Shown here: positions 9,639-20,833 of the stretch, piece by piece
Layout of the letters: every line of letters starts with the position of its first letter
Position numbering within the stretch: the stretch's first letter is position 1
Source: an uncultured Gemmatimonadales bacterium
GTDB taxonomy: Bacteria > Gemmatimonadota > Gemmatimonadetes > Gemmatimonadales > Gemmatimonadaceae
DNA length: 64,000 bases
Direction: 5' to 3'
Assembly: GCA_963793305.1 (NCBI GenBank)
Contig: CAWBZV010000005.1
Span: 544,001-608,000, forward strand
The notes under the pieces: model-generated
Seen by the model: the letters and a program-made list of their open reading frames with translations, nothing else
Told to the model about the DNA's origin: nothing
The model's database searches: none
Position numbers and translations under genes: made by a program

Positions 9639-11744
9639 TCAATACTGAAGATCGTGCTGTGAGACCTGCTTGTTCTGCAGGTACTTGTCGAACCAGCCGA
9701 GGATGTGCTGGAGGCGTTCGATACGGTGCTGCGGCTTCCCGGATCGCGACAGCTCGTGGGTCTCGCCGGGAAATGACACCATGACGGTCGTTTTGTGGAG
9801 CGCCTTGAGCGCGCGGAACATTGTCATGCCACCCGATCCCGATGGTGCTCTCGTGTCCAATTCACCTTCCACCAGCATGAGTGGTGTGGTGACGCGCTCG
9901 ATGTAGGTAATCGGCGACCGCCGTGCGTAGTCCTGTGGATCCTTGAAGGGCGGCTCCCGGAACCAGTTGGGCGTGAATAACGTGAAGTCCGCCGTATACC
10001 ACCAGGCCGACCAGTCCGCGATCGAGCGCTGCGAGACCGCCGCCGCAAATCGGTTCGTCTGGGTGATGATCCAATTCGTCAACAACCCACCTCCGCTTCC
10101 TCCGGTCACTCCCAACCGTTTCTCGTCGATGTACCCGCGCTTGATCAGCGTATCGACTCCGATCATGAGGTCTTTGAAGTCGTCGCCGGGGTAGTGATAC
10201 TGAATGACGTTGCCGAACGCTTCTCCATAGCTGGTGCTGCCACGGGGGTTCGGCGCCAGTACGACATACCCCCGTGCCGCCATGACCTGAAACTCATGGA
10301 AGAACGACTCGCCATAGGCGGTATGCGGGCCGCCATGGATGTTCAAGATGAGCGGATATTTCTTACTCGGCGAGAAATCCGGTGGCTTGACGATCCAGGC
10401 CTCGATGGGCGTGCCATCAAAGCTCTTGTAGATGATCCGCTCCGGAGTCGACAACGTGAGCTGCGTCCACAGTGAGTCGTTCACGTGCGTCAGCTGCGTC
10501 AATGCCTTGGTCGCTGGATCGAGCGCATACAGCTCCGTGAGATGCGTGCCGTCGCTGATCGTGAGCGCGAACTTGCCCGCACCTGGCGTCGCGGTGTACG
10601 CGACAATATCGTGCGCGCCCGTCGTCACCGGGTCGATCGCCTTGGTGGCCACGTCGATCCGCACGATGTTCGATCGTCCATGCTCGGTCATCGCGATGAA
10701 CACGTTCTTTCCGTCCGCCGACCACACGAGCGGGTCCCCACCACCCCCTCGCGGCGGATGTTGATCTCCGAGCACAAAGCTGCCGACATCCGCGTCGCCA
10801 CCCTTGGTCAATCGCACCACTGGCCCGCGCGCACCCTCCTCTCCGAGGAACACCGCCTCCTGCGTCCACGACTGCGCATGGGCAGGATTGATCGCGCCAG
10901 TGAACGCGAACGTTTTCCCGTCTGGCGCCGACGCGACCCGCTCGATGGTCCCGTCGATGTCGAGGATCTTGGTCATCGCCCCACCGGCTGCCGGTACGGC
11001 GAAGGCGTCATCGTCGGGGTTATCATAGTACGGCTCTTCAACCCGGTCCGACGTGAACACGATGCGCGAGCCGTCCACGCTCCACGTCGGACCGTTTTCA
11101 TCATAAGGGCCGAACGTGATCTGCCGCGCCTTCGCCGGCGCGTCGGCGGCCGGATCGACGGGCACGACCCAGATGTGATCGTGCCGCATCGGATCGAGCC
11201 AGCCCTTGTCATTGTCGCGGTATTCCGCCCGCGTGATCACCCGCACGTCGCTCTTCGGCTTTGACGGCGCGCTATCCTCGCTGAGCGTCGAGCTCGTGAA
11301 GGCGATCATACGGCCATCCGGCGACCACTGCTCGGACGACGCACCTTTCGCCAGGTCCGTGAGCTGCCGCGGCTCTCCGCCCGCTAGCGACAGCAGATAC
11401 AACTGAGGCGACCCCGTGTCAGTCGCCGTCCGCACGAACGCGATCGCGCGACCGTCAGGCGACCACCGCGCGGCCTTGTCCCGCGGCCCAGCCGTGAGTC
11501 GTCTCGGAACGCCCCGCCCATCCGTCGCGACAACCCAGACGCTCGTCTCGTACTTGTCCCCCTGCTCGCTGACGGTCACCAGCGTGTACGCCGCGAGCGC
11601 GCCATCCGGCGAGATGCGCGGATCGGCGACCCACCGGAATTGCAACAAGTCGCGCTCGGTAATCGGTCGTGGCGCTGGTGTCGTGACCGGCGCCATGATG
11701 ATCGACCCAACCATACTCAACGTCAGGGGCAACAGATGACGCAC
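9639..11744 (-). CDS. S9 family peptidase (acylaminoacyl/dipeptidyl peptidase-like) with beta-propeller
   Basis: IHGGPH, NPRGSTSYG, GGSGGG nucleophile, catalytic His in ETHEL, and PD40-like WSPDG repeats. Alternative in-frame ATG at 11795. Confidence 0.92.
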   Translation of the reverse strand: MRHLLPLTLSMVGSIIMAPVTTPAPRPITERDLLQFRWVADPRISPDGALAAYTLVTVSEQGDKYETSVWVVATDGRGVPRRLTAGPRDKAARWSPDGRAIAFVRTATDTGSPQLYLLSLAGGEPRQLTDLAKGASSEQWSPDGRMIAFTSSTLSEDSAPSKPKSDVRVITRAEYRDNDKGWLDPMRHDHIWVVPVDPAADAPAKARQITFGPYDENGPTWSVDGSRIVFTSDRVEEPYYDNPDDDAFAVPAAGGAMTKILDIDGTIERVASAPDGKTFAFTGAINPAHAQSWTQEAVFLGEEGARGPVVRLTKGGDADVGSFVLGDQHPPRGGGGDPLVWSADGKNVFIAMTEHGRSNIVRIDVATKAIDPVTTGAHDIVAYTATPGAGKFALTISDGTHLTELYALDPATKALTQLTHVNDSLWTQLTLSTPERIIYKSFDGTPIEAWIVKPPDFSPSKKYPLILNIHGGPHTAYGESFFHEFQVMAARGYVVLAPNPRGSTSYGEAFGNVIQYHYPGDDFKDLMIGVDTLIKRGYIDEKRLGVTGGSGGGLLTNWIITQTNRFAAAVSQRSIADWSAWWYTADFTLFTPNWFREPPFKDPQDYARRSPITYIERVTTPLMLVEGELDTRAPSGSGGMTMFRALKALHKTTVMVSFPGETHELSRSGKPQHRIERLQHILGWFDKYLQNKQVSQHDLQY

Positions 11745-11820
11745 CGAAACGCCTCGCGAGTCAGAAGCCGGGTGGCATGTGGATAGTTCGCCCATAGCAC
11801 TATTCAATGCATCGGGCAAT

Positions 11821-11838
11821 TTCTAGAACAAACGCAAC
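11821..11838 (-). promoter_or_regulatory. 18-bp motif copy GTTGCGTTTGTTCTAGAA
   Basis: Upstream of the S9 peptidase; in-frame ATG 26 nt downstream. Confidence 0.75.
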
Positions 11839-11918
11839 ACGGTGGCGCGGATGCACGCGGTCTACCGCGACGCCGGCTCGTTCGTTATCGTTGCGATCCG
11901 AACGCAACGGGGTCCGCC

Positions 11919-13022
11919 ATGGACCGTCGAGCTTTTCTCAAGCGATCGTTGATCGCGTCGGCCGTGACGCTCGGTCCCGTGGGCGCCTCGGTTGAGTCGC
12001 TGGTTGGTGCCGCGCCGAAGCGCATCCTGGTTCTCGGCGGCACTCTGTTCCTTGGTCCTGCGCTCGTTCAGGCTGCCGTCGCCGCCGGTCACACGGTGAC
12101 GCTCTTCAATCGTGGGATTACGAATCCCGAGCTGTTCCCACACCTGGAGAAGCTTCGTGGGTTTCGGAGTGCCGACTCGAGTGATCAGGATCTCTCGACG
12201 CTGAGTCGACGCCATTTCGATGCCATTGTGGACGTTTGGCCCAATGATCCGACCGTGGTGGCGTCGGCCGCCGAGTTCCTCAAGGATCATTCGGGGCACT
12301 ACCTGTATGTCTCGTCGGTGGCGGCGTACGACGGCGACGCCATGATAAAGCCGGGACTCGATGAATCGAGCCCTATGAACGCGTGGGATGGTCCGAGTCC
12401 GCAATACAACCGGGGCAAAGCCGAAAGTGAACGTCGTTTGCACGCGATCTTCGGCGATCGGATCACCATCGTGCGACCAGGTCCCATCAAAGGGGAGCGC
12501 GACGATAGCTCGGATCTCTATACCTGGCTCGTCCGGGCTCAAGCGGGAGGCCGGCATATTGCTCCGGGCGATGGGAACGACCCGGTGGAACTGGTCGACG
12601 TCAAAGATGTCGCGCGGTTCCTGATCATGGCTATCAATCAGACCCTCTTCGGGACGTTCAATCTGGCGGGTCGATCAATGCGCTTTGTCGAATTTCTGGG
12701 GGCTTGCCAGGGCGCGATGCGGTCCGATCCGGAATGGATCTGGATTCCCAAGAGCTTTCTCGACCATCATGGCCTCGAAACTGCGCACACATCCCTCGGC
12801 GACTTCCCGTTTTGGCGATCGCCGGGCGACTATCAGGGTATCTATCAAGCCAGGAGTGACAAGGCCTTCGCCGCGGGCTGGGCCACTCGTCCGTTCGAAG
12901 AGACCGCCTGGGATTGCCTCAGCACATTTCGGTCGCTGGGCGAGACTGGTACGTGGAGCGACGTGCTTCCGCCCGCAAAGGAGCGGGAGGTTCTCGACGC
13001 GTGGATGCATCGCGCCAAATAG
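11919..13022 (+). CDS. NAD-dependent epimerase/dehydratase family protein with Tat signal
   Basis: MDRRAFLK twin-arginine motif, LVLGGTLFLG, FNRG, YxxxK (YNRGK) and VRPG. Confidence 0.85.
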   Translation: MDRRAFLKRSLIASAVTLGPVGASVESLVGAAPKRILVLGGTLFLGPALVQAAVAAGHTVTLFNRGITNPELFPHLEKLRGFRSADSSDQDLSTLSRRHFDAIVDVWPNDPTVVASAAEFLKDHSGHYLYVSSVAAYDGDAMIKPGLDESSPMNAWDGPSPQYNRGKAESERRLHAIFGDRITIVRPGPIKGERDDSSDLYTWLVRAQAGGRHIAPGDGNDPVELVDVKDVARFLIMAINQTLFGTFNLAGRSMRFVEFLGACQGAMRSDPEWIWIPKSFLDHHGLETAHTSLGDFPFWRSPGDYQGIYQARSDKAFAAGWATRPFEETAWDCLSTFRSLGETGTWSDVLPPAKEREVLDAWMHRAK

Positions 13023-13092
13023 CCCTCGTGCGCCTCAAGTTGCATCGGCAGATGGCACCGAGTCCCGACGTTCGGTCCGATCGCATGGTGTG

Positions 13093-14533
13093 TCACGGCC
13101 GATTGCACGACACGGGATAGTCAGCGATTGGTTGACGATGCACGACGTCGGCCAATGCTGACCAGTCCGCGAGCGGCTGGTGCTGGGCGACGACGCGAGA
13201 CGGACTGAGCCCGTAACGGCATGCGGCCGCATAGACCTCAGTCGCATACAGCGACGGAGCGCTCAGTGTCTGCACGTAGTCGCTAGCCCACAGGACGCCG
13301 TCTCGGGAGAGATACACCATGAGCGCGCCTTCGCTCCCGATCCCATCGATCGCATAGTACCCGATATCACGCCCGTTGCGTGTCTCGCCCACGCCACGGA
13401 AGTGCATCCGCGGACGTGGGTGCATCGATTCGAGTTTGTCCGGATGCCATTGCCAGCGGCGAGCCACAACGGAGTCCAGGAAGGCGCGCGACATATCGCG
13501 CGAGATGACCGTCGCGCCACTGGCGACCCAAAAACGGACGCCGGAGACATGCGGCCAGGCAAGATCGGTGACGACGACCGCGACCGGGTGCCGCCCCGGA
13601 AAGAGATGGCTGATCCACTGGGAATCGGCCCGCGCGCGAGTCTCGCCTTGCGTGGCATTCGAGCACGTACACCGTATCGTGGAGCAACGACGCGATCTCG
13701 TTGTAGCCGCGATTGGCGAGAATGAACGTCGTCGGACCGAGACGCACCGTGTCGAGCGGCGCGGCCTGGAGGAACCGCGGCGTTTCCACTGTGGAGACCC
13801 GACCGGAGTCCGGCATGGTCAGGGGTGGAGCCGAGTCTCTAGCGACGCGCGCGACACTGATGAGGCTCCGCACGATCTCATTCTGACCGTCGACCACGCG
13901 GGCCACGGTCGTCGGCATGAGCAAGCCGCCAAACGCCTCAGCTGACGGATACAGGAGCCACGTCGTGTACACGTATTCGACATGGACTTCGCCCCACAGA
14001 TACTGAGGCTCCATCCGGTCGAGCTTCGTCACGAAGCCAGTCTTCGGATCAACAAAGAGCCGTTCCGGTCCATAGAGGCCCGCGCGCTCGAGTACGATGC
14101 GGGGGTAATCCCGAAACAGACAACGGCCTTCCGTCCGGACACCCGGCGCGGAGGACCAGGCATGAACGACCAGCCGAGGATCGAGCGCGCGCGTGCCTTC
14201 CACAGAGGGCCACGAGGCAAAGCGCCCGACCACCCCGTGATCGTCCGAGAGTATGGTGGTGCGCTGATCGAACGCGCCCGTCATCGAGTCGCGCTCGACG
14301 CCGGTCGACGGGTCGACCCAGCTGAAATGATCGTCGACGAACGTCAGATACGGCGGGTACATCCGATCCGATTCGTACGCATGCGAGATGGCATTGCGGG
14401 TGACCATCCTGATGACCGGCGCACCCGGTGCATCGAGATCGAGCACGTGTCTGGCGCGACGCAAGACATCCGCTGGCACATCGGCTGACGCGACCAGCGC
14501 GCAAGCGCTGGCGAGCAACGGCATGGTGAGCAT
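13093..14533 (-). CDS. exported MBL-fold-like protein with atypical metal motif (apparent frameshift at ~13659)
   Basis: Joining ORF 13367..14704 to the 13093..13494 frame gives VYVLDATQGE...VVVTDLAWPHVSG...LWASDY...VVAQH, an MBL-like layout. Start uncertain. Confidence 0.6.
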
Positions 14534-14743
14534 GCGGGCAAAGTACCGATGTGGATGTGTGACGTGCCTCCGAGCGATGCGAATGGGAGAACGAGCACGG
14601 CGAACAGCATAAGGGTGGAGTGGACGGCGCCACAGCACCAGGTGGGATGGCCGTCCCGAGTGGGCGTGGTTCTCGTGCCGTACGCTTCGAATGGGTCTGC
14701 ACACGCGTGCGTTCCACCGCGCGGCCGCCTGATGTCGTGCCGG

Positions 14744-14761
14744 GTCTAAAACAAACGCAAC
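14744..14761 (-). promoter_or_regulatory. 18-bp motif copy GTTGCGTTTGTTTTAGAC
   Basis: Left member of a divergent pair, pointing to the MBL-like gene. Confidence 0.7.
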
Positions 14762-14807
14762 GTCGTCAGCAATTGAACGGCTGGGGGTCTTTGGAGTCGG
14801 TGGCGCA

Positions 14808-14825
14808 GTTGCTTTTGTTCAATAC
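14808..14825 (+). promoter_or_regulatory. 18-bp motif copy GTTGCTTTTGTTCAATAC
   Basis: Right member of the divergent pair; in-frame GTG of the alkyl sulfatase ORF 26 nt downstream. Confidence 0.7.
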
Positions 14826-14928
14826 GGTGCGGCGTGCGCAATTCTAAATTGTGGGAGAGCAGCGCACTGACGCGCGGGGTGATCGGTCTCGCGCGATTGC
14901 GCACGTCGCCCGGTTGCGAGGAGCTACA

Positions 14929-16866
14929 ATGGTCTCACGACGCACTGCCTGCGTGCTCGCGATGGCGATCGTTGCGCAGTCGGCCCAGTCCCAGGACGCG
15001 AAACCCGCGGAACCGACTGTGGCGGCCGCGAATCGAGCTGTCCAATGGCGCTTGCCGTTTGGCGACCGGCAGGATTTCGAGGACGCGACACGAGGATTCA
15101 TCGCGACGACTCCCGATACCAGCGATCCCGATGGCTACGCGTTTCTCGCGCATGAAGCGCCACCGACTGTGAATCCGAGTCTCTGGCGTCAGGCGCAGCT
15201 GGACACCATTCACGGCTTGTTCAAGGTCGCCGACGGTGTCTATCAGGTTCGCGGTTTCTCGAGCGCGAACCTGACGATCGTGGAAGGGCGGACGGGGCTC
15301 ATCGTGATCGACGCGCTGTCCACACCCGGAGCCGCAAGAGAAGCCCTCGACCTCTATTTTGCGCACCGCCCTCGCACGCCGGTCGTGGCGCTGCTCTACA
15401 GCCACAGTCATTCCGACCACTTCGGCGGCGCCAGCGGCGTGGTCTCGCCGGCTGACGTGGCTGCCGGAAAGACGCAGGTCATTGCACCAGCGGGTTTCAT
15501 GGACGCCATCATCGTGGAATCCGCGGTGGCTGAGAACCTCAAATCCCGACGCGCCCAGTTTCAGTTTGGTGGGCTGCTGCCGCGTGGAGAACGCGGGAGC
15601 GTTGACTATGGCATTGGTAAGATCGAGTCGCGCGGGGCGGACGGTGGCGGACCGCTCATCGCGCCCACGGTTACGATCGAGCAGTCGATGGACAGCCGTA
15701 CGATCGACGGCGTGCCGTTCGTCTTTGAACTCGCTCCGGAATCGGAAGCGCCATCCGAGATGTTGATTTATCTGCCGCAGTCGCACGTGCTCGATGCGAC
15801 CGAGGATGCGACGCATGCGCTCCACAACCTCCTCCCGTTTCGCGGCTCAGTCGTGCGCGACGCGAATCGGTGGTCGCGCTATCTCAATACCGCGCTCGAT
15901 CGCTTCGGAGGCGACGCGCGGGTGCTCATCGCCCAGCACCAATGGCCGGTCTGGGGGAACGAGCGCGTGCGCGCCCGATTGGCGAATCAGCGTGATCTCT
16001 ACAAGTATGTGCATGATCAGACCATTCGCCTCATGAATCAGGGCTTGGGGCCGACGGAGATCGCCGCGGCCTTGACGCTGCCACCTGGCCTCGAGAACGA
16101 CTGGTCGACGCACGAGTATTACGGTACGATCTCGCACGATTCGAAGGCGGTCTATCAACGCTACGTCGGCTGGTACGACGGCAATCCGGCGACGCTCAAC
16201 CGTCTGCCGCGCGTCGAAGAAGCGAAGAAGTACGTCGAGTATATGGGCGGATCGGCCGCCGTGATCGCGCGGGCGCGACAGGACTTCCAGGCGGGCCAGT
16301 ACCGCTGGGTTGCCGAGATCATGGATCAGGTCGTATTCGCGGAGCCTTCCAACGAGGACGCGCGCCGTCTCGCGGCGGATGCACTTGAACAGCTGGGATA
16401 CCTGGCGGAATCCGGTGCTTGGCGAAACTCGTACCTGCTCGCCGCACAGGAGCTCCGCGGCGCGGCCCCCAGCCGTGCATCATCCAATTCGGGCATCAGG
16501 GCAGTGATCCTGCACGCGATGCCGATCGGGCTCGTGTTCGATTATCTGGGTACGCGCGTCGACGGGCCTCGTGCCGGAACACGGCAGATCGTCATCGGCT
16601 GGCGATTCACCGATACGCGCGAGGCCCTTACCTCGACGCTCGCGCACGGCGCGTTGACCTGGATCGATGGCAAGGCTGACCCGAATGCCATGACGACGGT
16701 GACGACCACGCGAGCCGTGTTCGACAGTGTCATGCTGGGGCAACGGCCACTGGCCGATGCACTGGAGCGTCGCGCCATCACGACGACCGGCGATGCGCAG
16801 GCCGTAACGGACTTCCGGGGGCTGCTCGTCGACTTCCGGCCCGGCATGCCCATCGTCGAGCCTTGA
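14929..16866 (+). CDS. alkyl/aryl sulfatase (SdsA1/YjcS/Bds1-like MBL fold)
   Basis: TVNPSLWRQAQL, YSHSHSDHFGG, QHQWP, YYGTISH, GWYDGNPA and SCP2-like C-terminus. GAGGAG precedes ATG 14929. Confidence 0.92.
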   Translation: MVSRRTACVLAMAIVAQSAQSQDAKPAEPTVAAANRAVQWRLPFGDRQDFEDATRGFIATTPDTSDPDGYAFLAHEAPPTVNPSLWRQAQLDTIHGLFKVADGVYQVRGFSSANLTIVEGRTGLIVIDALSTPGAAREALDLYFAHRPRTPVVALLYSHSHSDHFGGASGVVSPADVAAGKTQVIAPAGFMDAIIVESAVAENLKSRRAQFQFGGLLPRGERGSVDYGIGKIESRGADGGGPLIAPTVTIEQSMDSRTIDGVPFVFELAPESEAPSEMLIYLPQSHVLDATEDATHALHNLLPFRGSVVRDANRWSRYLNTALDRFGGDARVLIAQHQWPVWGNERVRARLANQRDLYKYVHDQTIRLMNQGLGPTEIAAALTLPPGLENDWSTHEYYGTISHDSKAVYQRYVGWYDGNPATLNRLPRVEEAKKYVEYMGGSAAVIARARQDFQAGQYRWVAEIMDQVVFAEPSNEDARRLAADALEQLGYLAESGAWRNSYLLAAQELRGAAPSRASSNSGIRAVILHAMPIGLVFDYLGTRVDGPRAGTRQIVIGWRFTDTREALTSTLAHGALTWIDGKADPNAMTTVTTTRAVFDSVMLGQRPLADALERRAITTTGDAQAVTDFRGLLVDFRPGMPIVEP

Positions 16867-16877
16867 AGCGAGACAAC

Positions 16878-17721
16878 ATGATCGTATTCCTGAACGGCGC
16901 GTTCGTGGCCGAAGCGGACGCCATGGTGTCGATTCGCGACCGCGCATTCCTCTTCGGCGACGCCGTGTATGAAGCGCTGCGCGCCCGCGCGGGTCGCTAC
17001 TTCGAGCCCGACCGGCACATGCATCGACTGCGCTACGGACTCAATCAACTGCGTATCACGATGTCCGACGTCGAGCTCGCGCGCCTGCTGCCAACGGGCG
17101 AGGCGCTGCTGCGCCTCAACGATCTGCTGTTGGCGGACGCGCTGCTCTACATGCAGGTGAGCCGCGGCGTGGCCGCGCGCCGGCATGCGTTCCCCGAATC
17201 CCCCTGTCTCTCCGACGGTGCTCCTCACGACGACACCGTTGAACGCCCATCGGCGCCTCACGGACGAAGGCGCGACCGCCGTCACATGCGAGGACCTCCG
17301 GTGGTCCCGGTGCGATATCAAGACCGTGAACCTCTTGGGCAACGTCGTAGCAAACCAGCAGGCCGTGGAGCGCGGCGCGTATGAGGCGATACTCGTGCGG
17401 GATGGGTGCGTCACCGAGGCCAGCCACAGCAATGTCTTCGCGGTGATCGGCGGGACGATCCGGACGCACCCGGCTGACCGGCGCATCCTGCGCGGCGTGA
17501 CGCGCGAGGTGGTCATCGCGTGTGCGGTCGCGCGCGGATGGACGGTCCAGGAAACGCCGTTTACCACTCGGGAGTTGCTGGCGGCGCCGGAGGTGTTCCT
17601 GACCGGCACGACCACCGACGTGATGCCGATCGTGGCCATCGACAACGCGCGGATCGGCGATGGTCGGCCCGGGCCGGTCACGCGTGCGCTGGCCGATGAT
17701 CTCTCGAGATGCCTCCGATAG
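16878..17721 (+). CDS. class IV aminotransferase, D-amino-acid aminotransferase-like (apparent frameshift at ~17191)
   Basis: DRAFLFGDAVYE, YMQVSRG, RCDIKTVNLLGNV, TEASHSNVF and ILRGVTR. One extra C in a C-run. Confidence 0.87.
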
Positions 17722-17745
17722 CGTTTCCCACGCGCTACGCGGGCG

Positions 17746-18691
17746 CTACTCGCTCAAGAATCGCTCGACGGCCGGAAAGAACACATCCGGCCGGTCCACG
17801 AAGGAGTAGTGGCTCGCGCGGTCGATCACGAGTAGGCGCGCTCGGGGAAACGCGGCCGCCCACGCCTCGGAGCCGGTGAGCGGCATGAAATCGTTTCGCC
17901 CGTGCACCACCAGCACCGGTACATTTACCCGGTGCACCAACGTATCCCACACCCACTCGCCCCATGCGCCGGATGCGTTGCGGCCCACGCGCGCGCCCCG
18001 GGCGATGTTGTCCGCGGTATCCGCGCACTCCGTAGTAATCGTGCGTCGCATGGCAGTCGTGTCGAAGAAGTAGTTGCGGAGATACAGCGCATAGAACGCG
18101 CGGCAGAGCAACGGCTTGTCATGCGCCGTGTCGCTCAGGGCAGCGTGCATAAGGATGTCGATGCGGGCGCGGGTGGCGCTGTCGAATCCTGCCAAACGCG
18201 CGTGGTTCGCGTCCATGGCGAACGGATGGAATCGTGGCGGGACCGCGTCGACGAGGATGAGTTTCGCCACGGACTGCGGATGGGCCGCGGCATAGAGCGC
18301 TGCGAGCCCACCGCCCCACGAGTGTCCAAGAAGTGTCATCCGCGCGATCCCGAAGTGCTGACGAATGGCTTCAAGGTCGGCAAGGTGGTCCGCATTACGC
18401 AGGTGTGTGGAGTCCGCGACGAACGACGACCGACCGTTGCCGCGCTGATCGTAGAGCAAGAGCGCGTGATGACGCGCCAGCGGGATCAAGGCCGGATCAA
18501 ACTCGGAGATCGTCCCGCCGGGTCCGCCGTGGAGCGCGACGATCGTGTCGCGTCCGCGACCGATGAGACGGTAGTAGAGGCGCACCTGGTCGGGCCCCGT
18601 CACGAAACCCTCGGATCGCGCGAGCGCATCCGGACGGCAGGCGGAGATCCAGGCCGCACACGAGTACCGCGAGCGAACGCGTTGTCGTCAT
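17746..18691 (-). CDS. alpha/beta hydrolase, proline iminopeptidase-like, probably exported (apparent frameshift at ~18660)
   Basis: LHGGPG, YDQRGNGRS and GHSWGG. The signal-like N-terminus MTTTRSLAVLV lies in another frame. Confidence 0.82.
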
Positions 18692-18794
18692 GCAGCCTTG
18701 GACGCCACCGGTGGTCTCATGGTTGCGTTGGTCGCGTGAACGCGAGACTCGAAGCGCGAGCTTCCTGGTGGTGAGCGTTGGGCAGCACGACGAC

Positions 18795-18812
18795 GTTGCA
18801 CTCGTTCAAGAC
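18795..18812 (+). promoter_or_regulatory. 18-bp motif copy GTTGCACTCGTTCAAGAC
   Basis: ATG 18852 lies 40 nt downstream. Confidence 0.72.
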
Positions 18813-18851
18813 CTTTGCCGACTGACGCGCTCCTTTCCAGGCGGTAGGCTG

Positions 18852-20699
18852 ATGCAGGCCCATCCCCTCCGGCGACAGAGCGGCGTCATCACTCTCGTGC
18901 ATTACGACTCTCGGGCCTGCACCGCCCAGGCCGTCGTTGCGGCTGCGCTGATCCTGACATGGGGTGCGACGGCGGTTCGAGCGCAAACTGTGAACGGCAT
19001 GCTGCGGTCGGCCGTGAACGACCAGCTGATGCCATACGGGACCATCTCCGTGGGAGACGACGCGCGTGAGTGGTTCACCGACGCTGCCGGGCGATTCGTT
19101 CTCGCACGGACTAACGATGAGACGTATCGGCTGCGCGCACGGCAGATCGGATTCGCGCCCCTCGATACGACCGTGCATGTCGGCGGCGATTCGCCCCAAA
19201 TCGTGATACGGTTGCGGCCCCTGGTTATTGATCTCGAGTCGCGGCGTAACACAACGAACGAACGGTCGTGCGACGCCGCCGGCATCCGGACGAGTGCGAA
19301 TCCATCAGCGTTGGCGTCGGCCCTCGACCTGTTGCGCGAGAACGGCGATCGCTATGAGGTCCTCCTCGCTCGCTATCCGTTCCAGCATCGCTGGCAAGAG
19401 CGCAGGTACGTTCAAGTCAAGAGGGGGACGGATCTCGATGACAGCGCGCTCGTGGCCGACACCGTGGTCTATGATAGCCGCGCGCGCCACGGGTATCGGA
19501 TCGGGTCGACGCTCTACCAGGTTCGCTCGGCGGGTCGCGAAACGGAGCTGACCATATTCCTGCCTACGCCACGCGATTTCACCGACTCGCTGTTTCAACG
19601 CGAGCACTGTTTTACCTATCGGGGGACATCGCATCACGAGATTCGGATCGACTTTCGCCCCGCCCATCGGATCACCGTGCCCGACGTCGCCGGGTCCATC
19701 TACCTCGACCAGGCGCGCTACGTTGTGCGCCGCGCGGTATTCGAGCTCACTCACCCTGAGGCCATGGATCCGCCGATCGAACGTTTCACCGTGCAGGCGA
19801 CGTTCGACGAGATCGTTCCATTGGTGCCCGTCCTCACCAGCCTACATGGGGAACAGCGGCTTGCGACGGCGTGGCGCTTCGAGGGTGCGGCGGGCGGGGA
19901 GGGCGTTGAACGAACGGCGATCGACGACAAGCGCATGATCGGTCGCGTGTTTCTTGGCGCGATTGGCGGGCAAAGCGCGCCGATCACATCGTGGTCGCTC
20001 CCGCTGGCGTTGCTGCCGGCAACGGTCGCGTGCGGGCTCCCGTCATCGAACGTGATGACCGACGTCCTGATCTACGGAACGCTCGACGGTCCGGGGGCTG
20101 CCGATGATGCCGTGTACCAGGTGATCGACAGCATCCAAGCGCGCTTTCGTCTCCCAGAGACCCTCACGCTCCCGGTCTACGGATACAGGACAGGGACGCT
20201 CGTGGCTCCCACTCTTGGTGGACAAGTGACTTTCACCATGGATCCGAGCGGTCACGCCACACGTATTGCCGTGAGCGCGACGTTGCTCTCACCTACGGTC
20301 GATAGCAGTCTCGCGGCTGCCGTGCTCACGTCCGGCTCAGCGCGGGTGCTCCGGCCACTCCGAGCCGGGCGCTACACACTGTCGCTGTCCGCGCTGCCGC
20401 CCGCGTCGGGCGCAGCGTCGATAGGCTTCGTACGGCTCAAGGCGGAGGCATTTCATCTCGATCATGGCGCGGCGCTGGAGCCCGACTCGACCCAACCACC
20501 GTTTCCCACTGACCGTCCGTTCGATTTTGTTGTGGACGAATATGGTCGCGCTATTTTAGCCACGGCGCACATGGCGAAGCCGTCGCCGGAGACGGTCTCC
20601 GAAGCAGTCGCTCACGCATTGCCGAGGCTTCGATTCCGTCCCGCTGTCATTGGGGGATGCCGGGTGAAGCAGCAGGTCGTTCTGCCCAGCGGCCATTGA
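18852..20699 (+). CDS. carboxypeptidase-regulatory-like domain protein with TonB-C-like C-terminus
   Basis: TDAAGRF...RARQIGFAPLDT at the N-terminus; FVVDEYG...RFRPAVIGGCRVKQQV at the C-terminus. Confidence 0.65.
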   Translation: MQAHPLRRQSGVITLVHYDSRACTAQAVVAAALILTWGATAVRAQTVNGMLRSAVNDQLMPYGTISVGDDAREWFTDAAGRFVLARTNDETYRLRARQIGFAPLDTTVHVGGDSPQIVIRLRPLVIDLESRRNTTNERSCDAAGIRTSANPSALASALDLLRENGDRYEVLLARYPFQHRWQERRYVQVKRGTDLDDSALVADTVVYDSRARHGYRIGSTLYQVRSAGRETELTIFLPTPRDFTDSLFQREHCFTYRGTSHHEIRIDFRPAHRITVPDVAGSIYLDQARYVVRRAVFELTHPEAMDPPIERFTVQATFDEIVPLVPVLTSLHGEQRLATAWRFEGAAGGEGVERTAIDDKRMIGRVFLGAIGGQSAPITSWSLPLALLPATVACGLPSSNVMTDVLIYGTLDGPGAADDAVYQVIDSIQARFRLPETLTLPVYGYRTGTLVAPTLGGQVTFTMDPSGHATRIAVSATLLSPTVDSSLAAAVLTSGSARVLRPLRAGRYTLSLSALPPASGAASIGFVRLKAEAFHLDHGAALEPDSTQPPFPTDRPFDFVVDEYGRAILATAHMAKPSPETVSEAVAHALPRLRFRPAVIGGCRVKQQVVLPSGH

Positions 20700-20833
20700 C
20701 CCCGCGTGGAATCATCTGGCGAATGTGCTCTCGCATCCGCTGAACATGAGTGCAAACCAAGCCCTGACCACGGATGTCCCATGGGAATCGCGCTGGCCCT
20801 CAACTTTCACTCGGCGGCCCTGCCGCTCCATTG

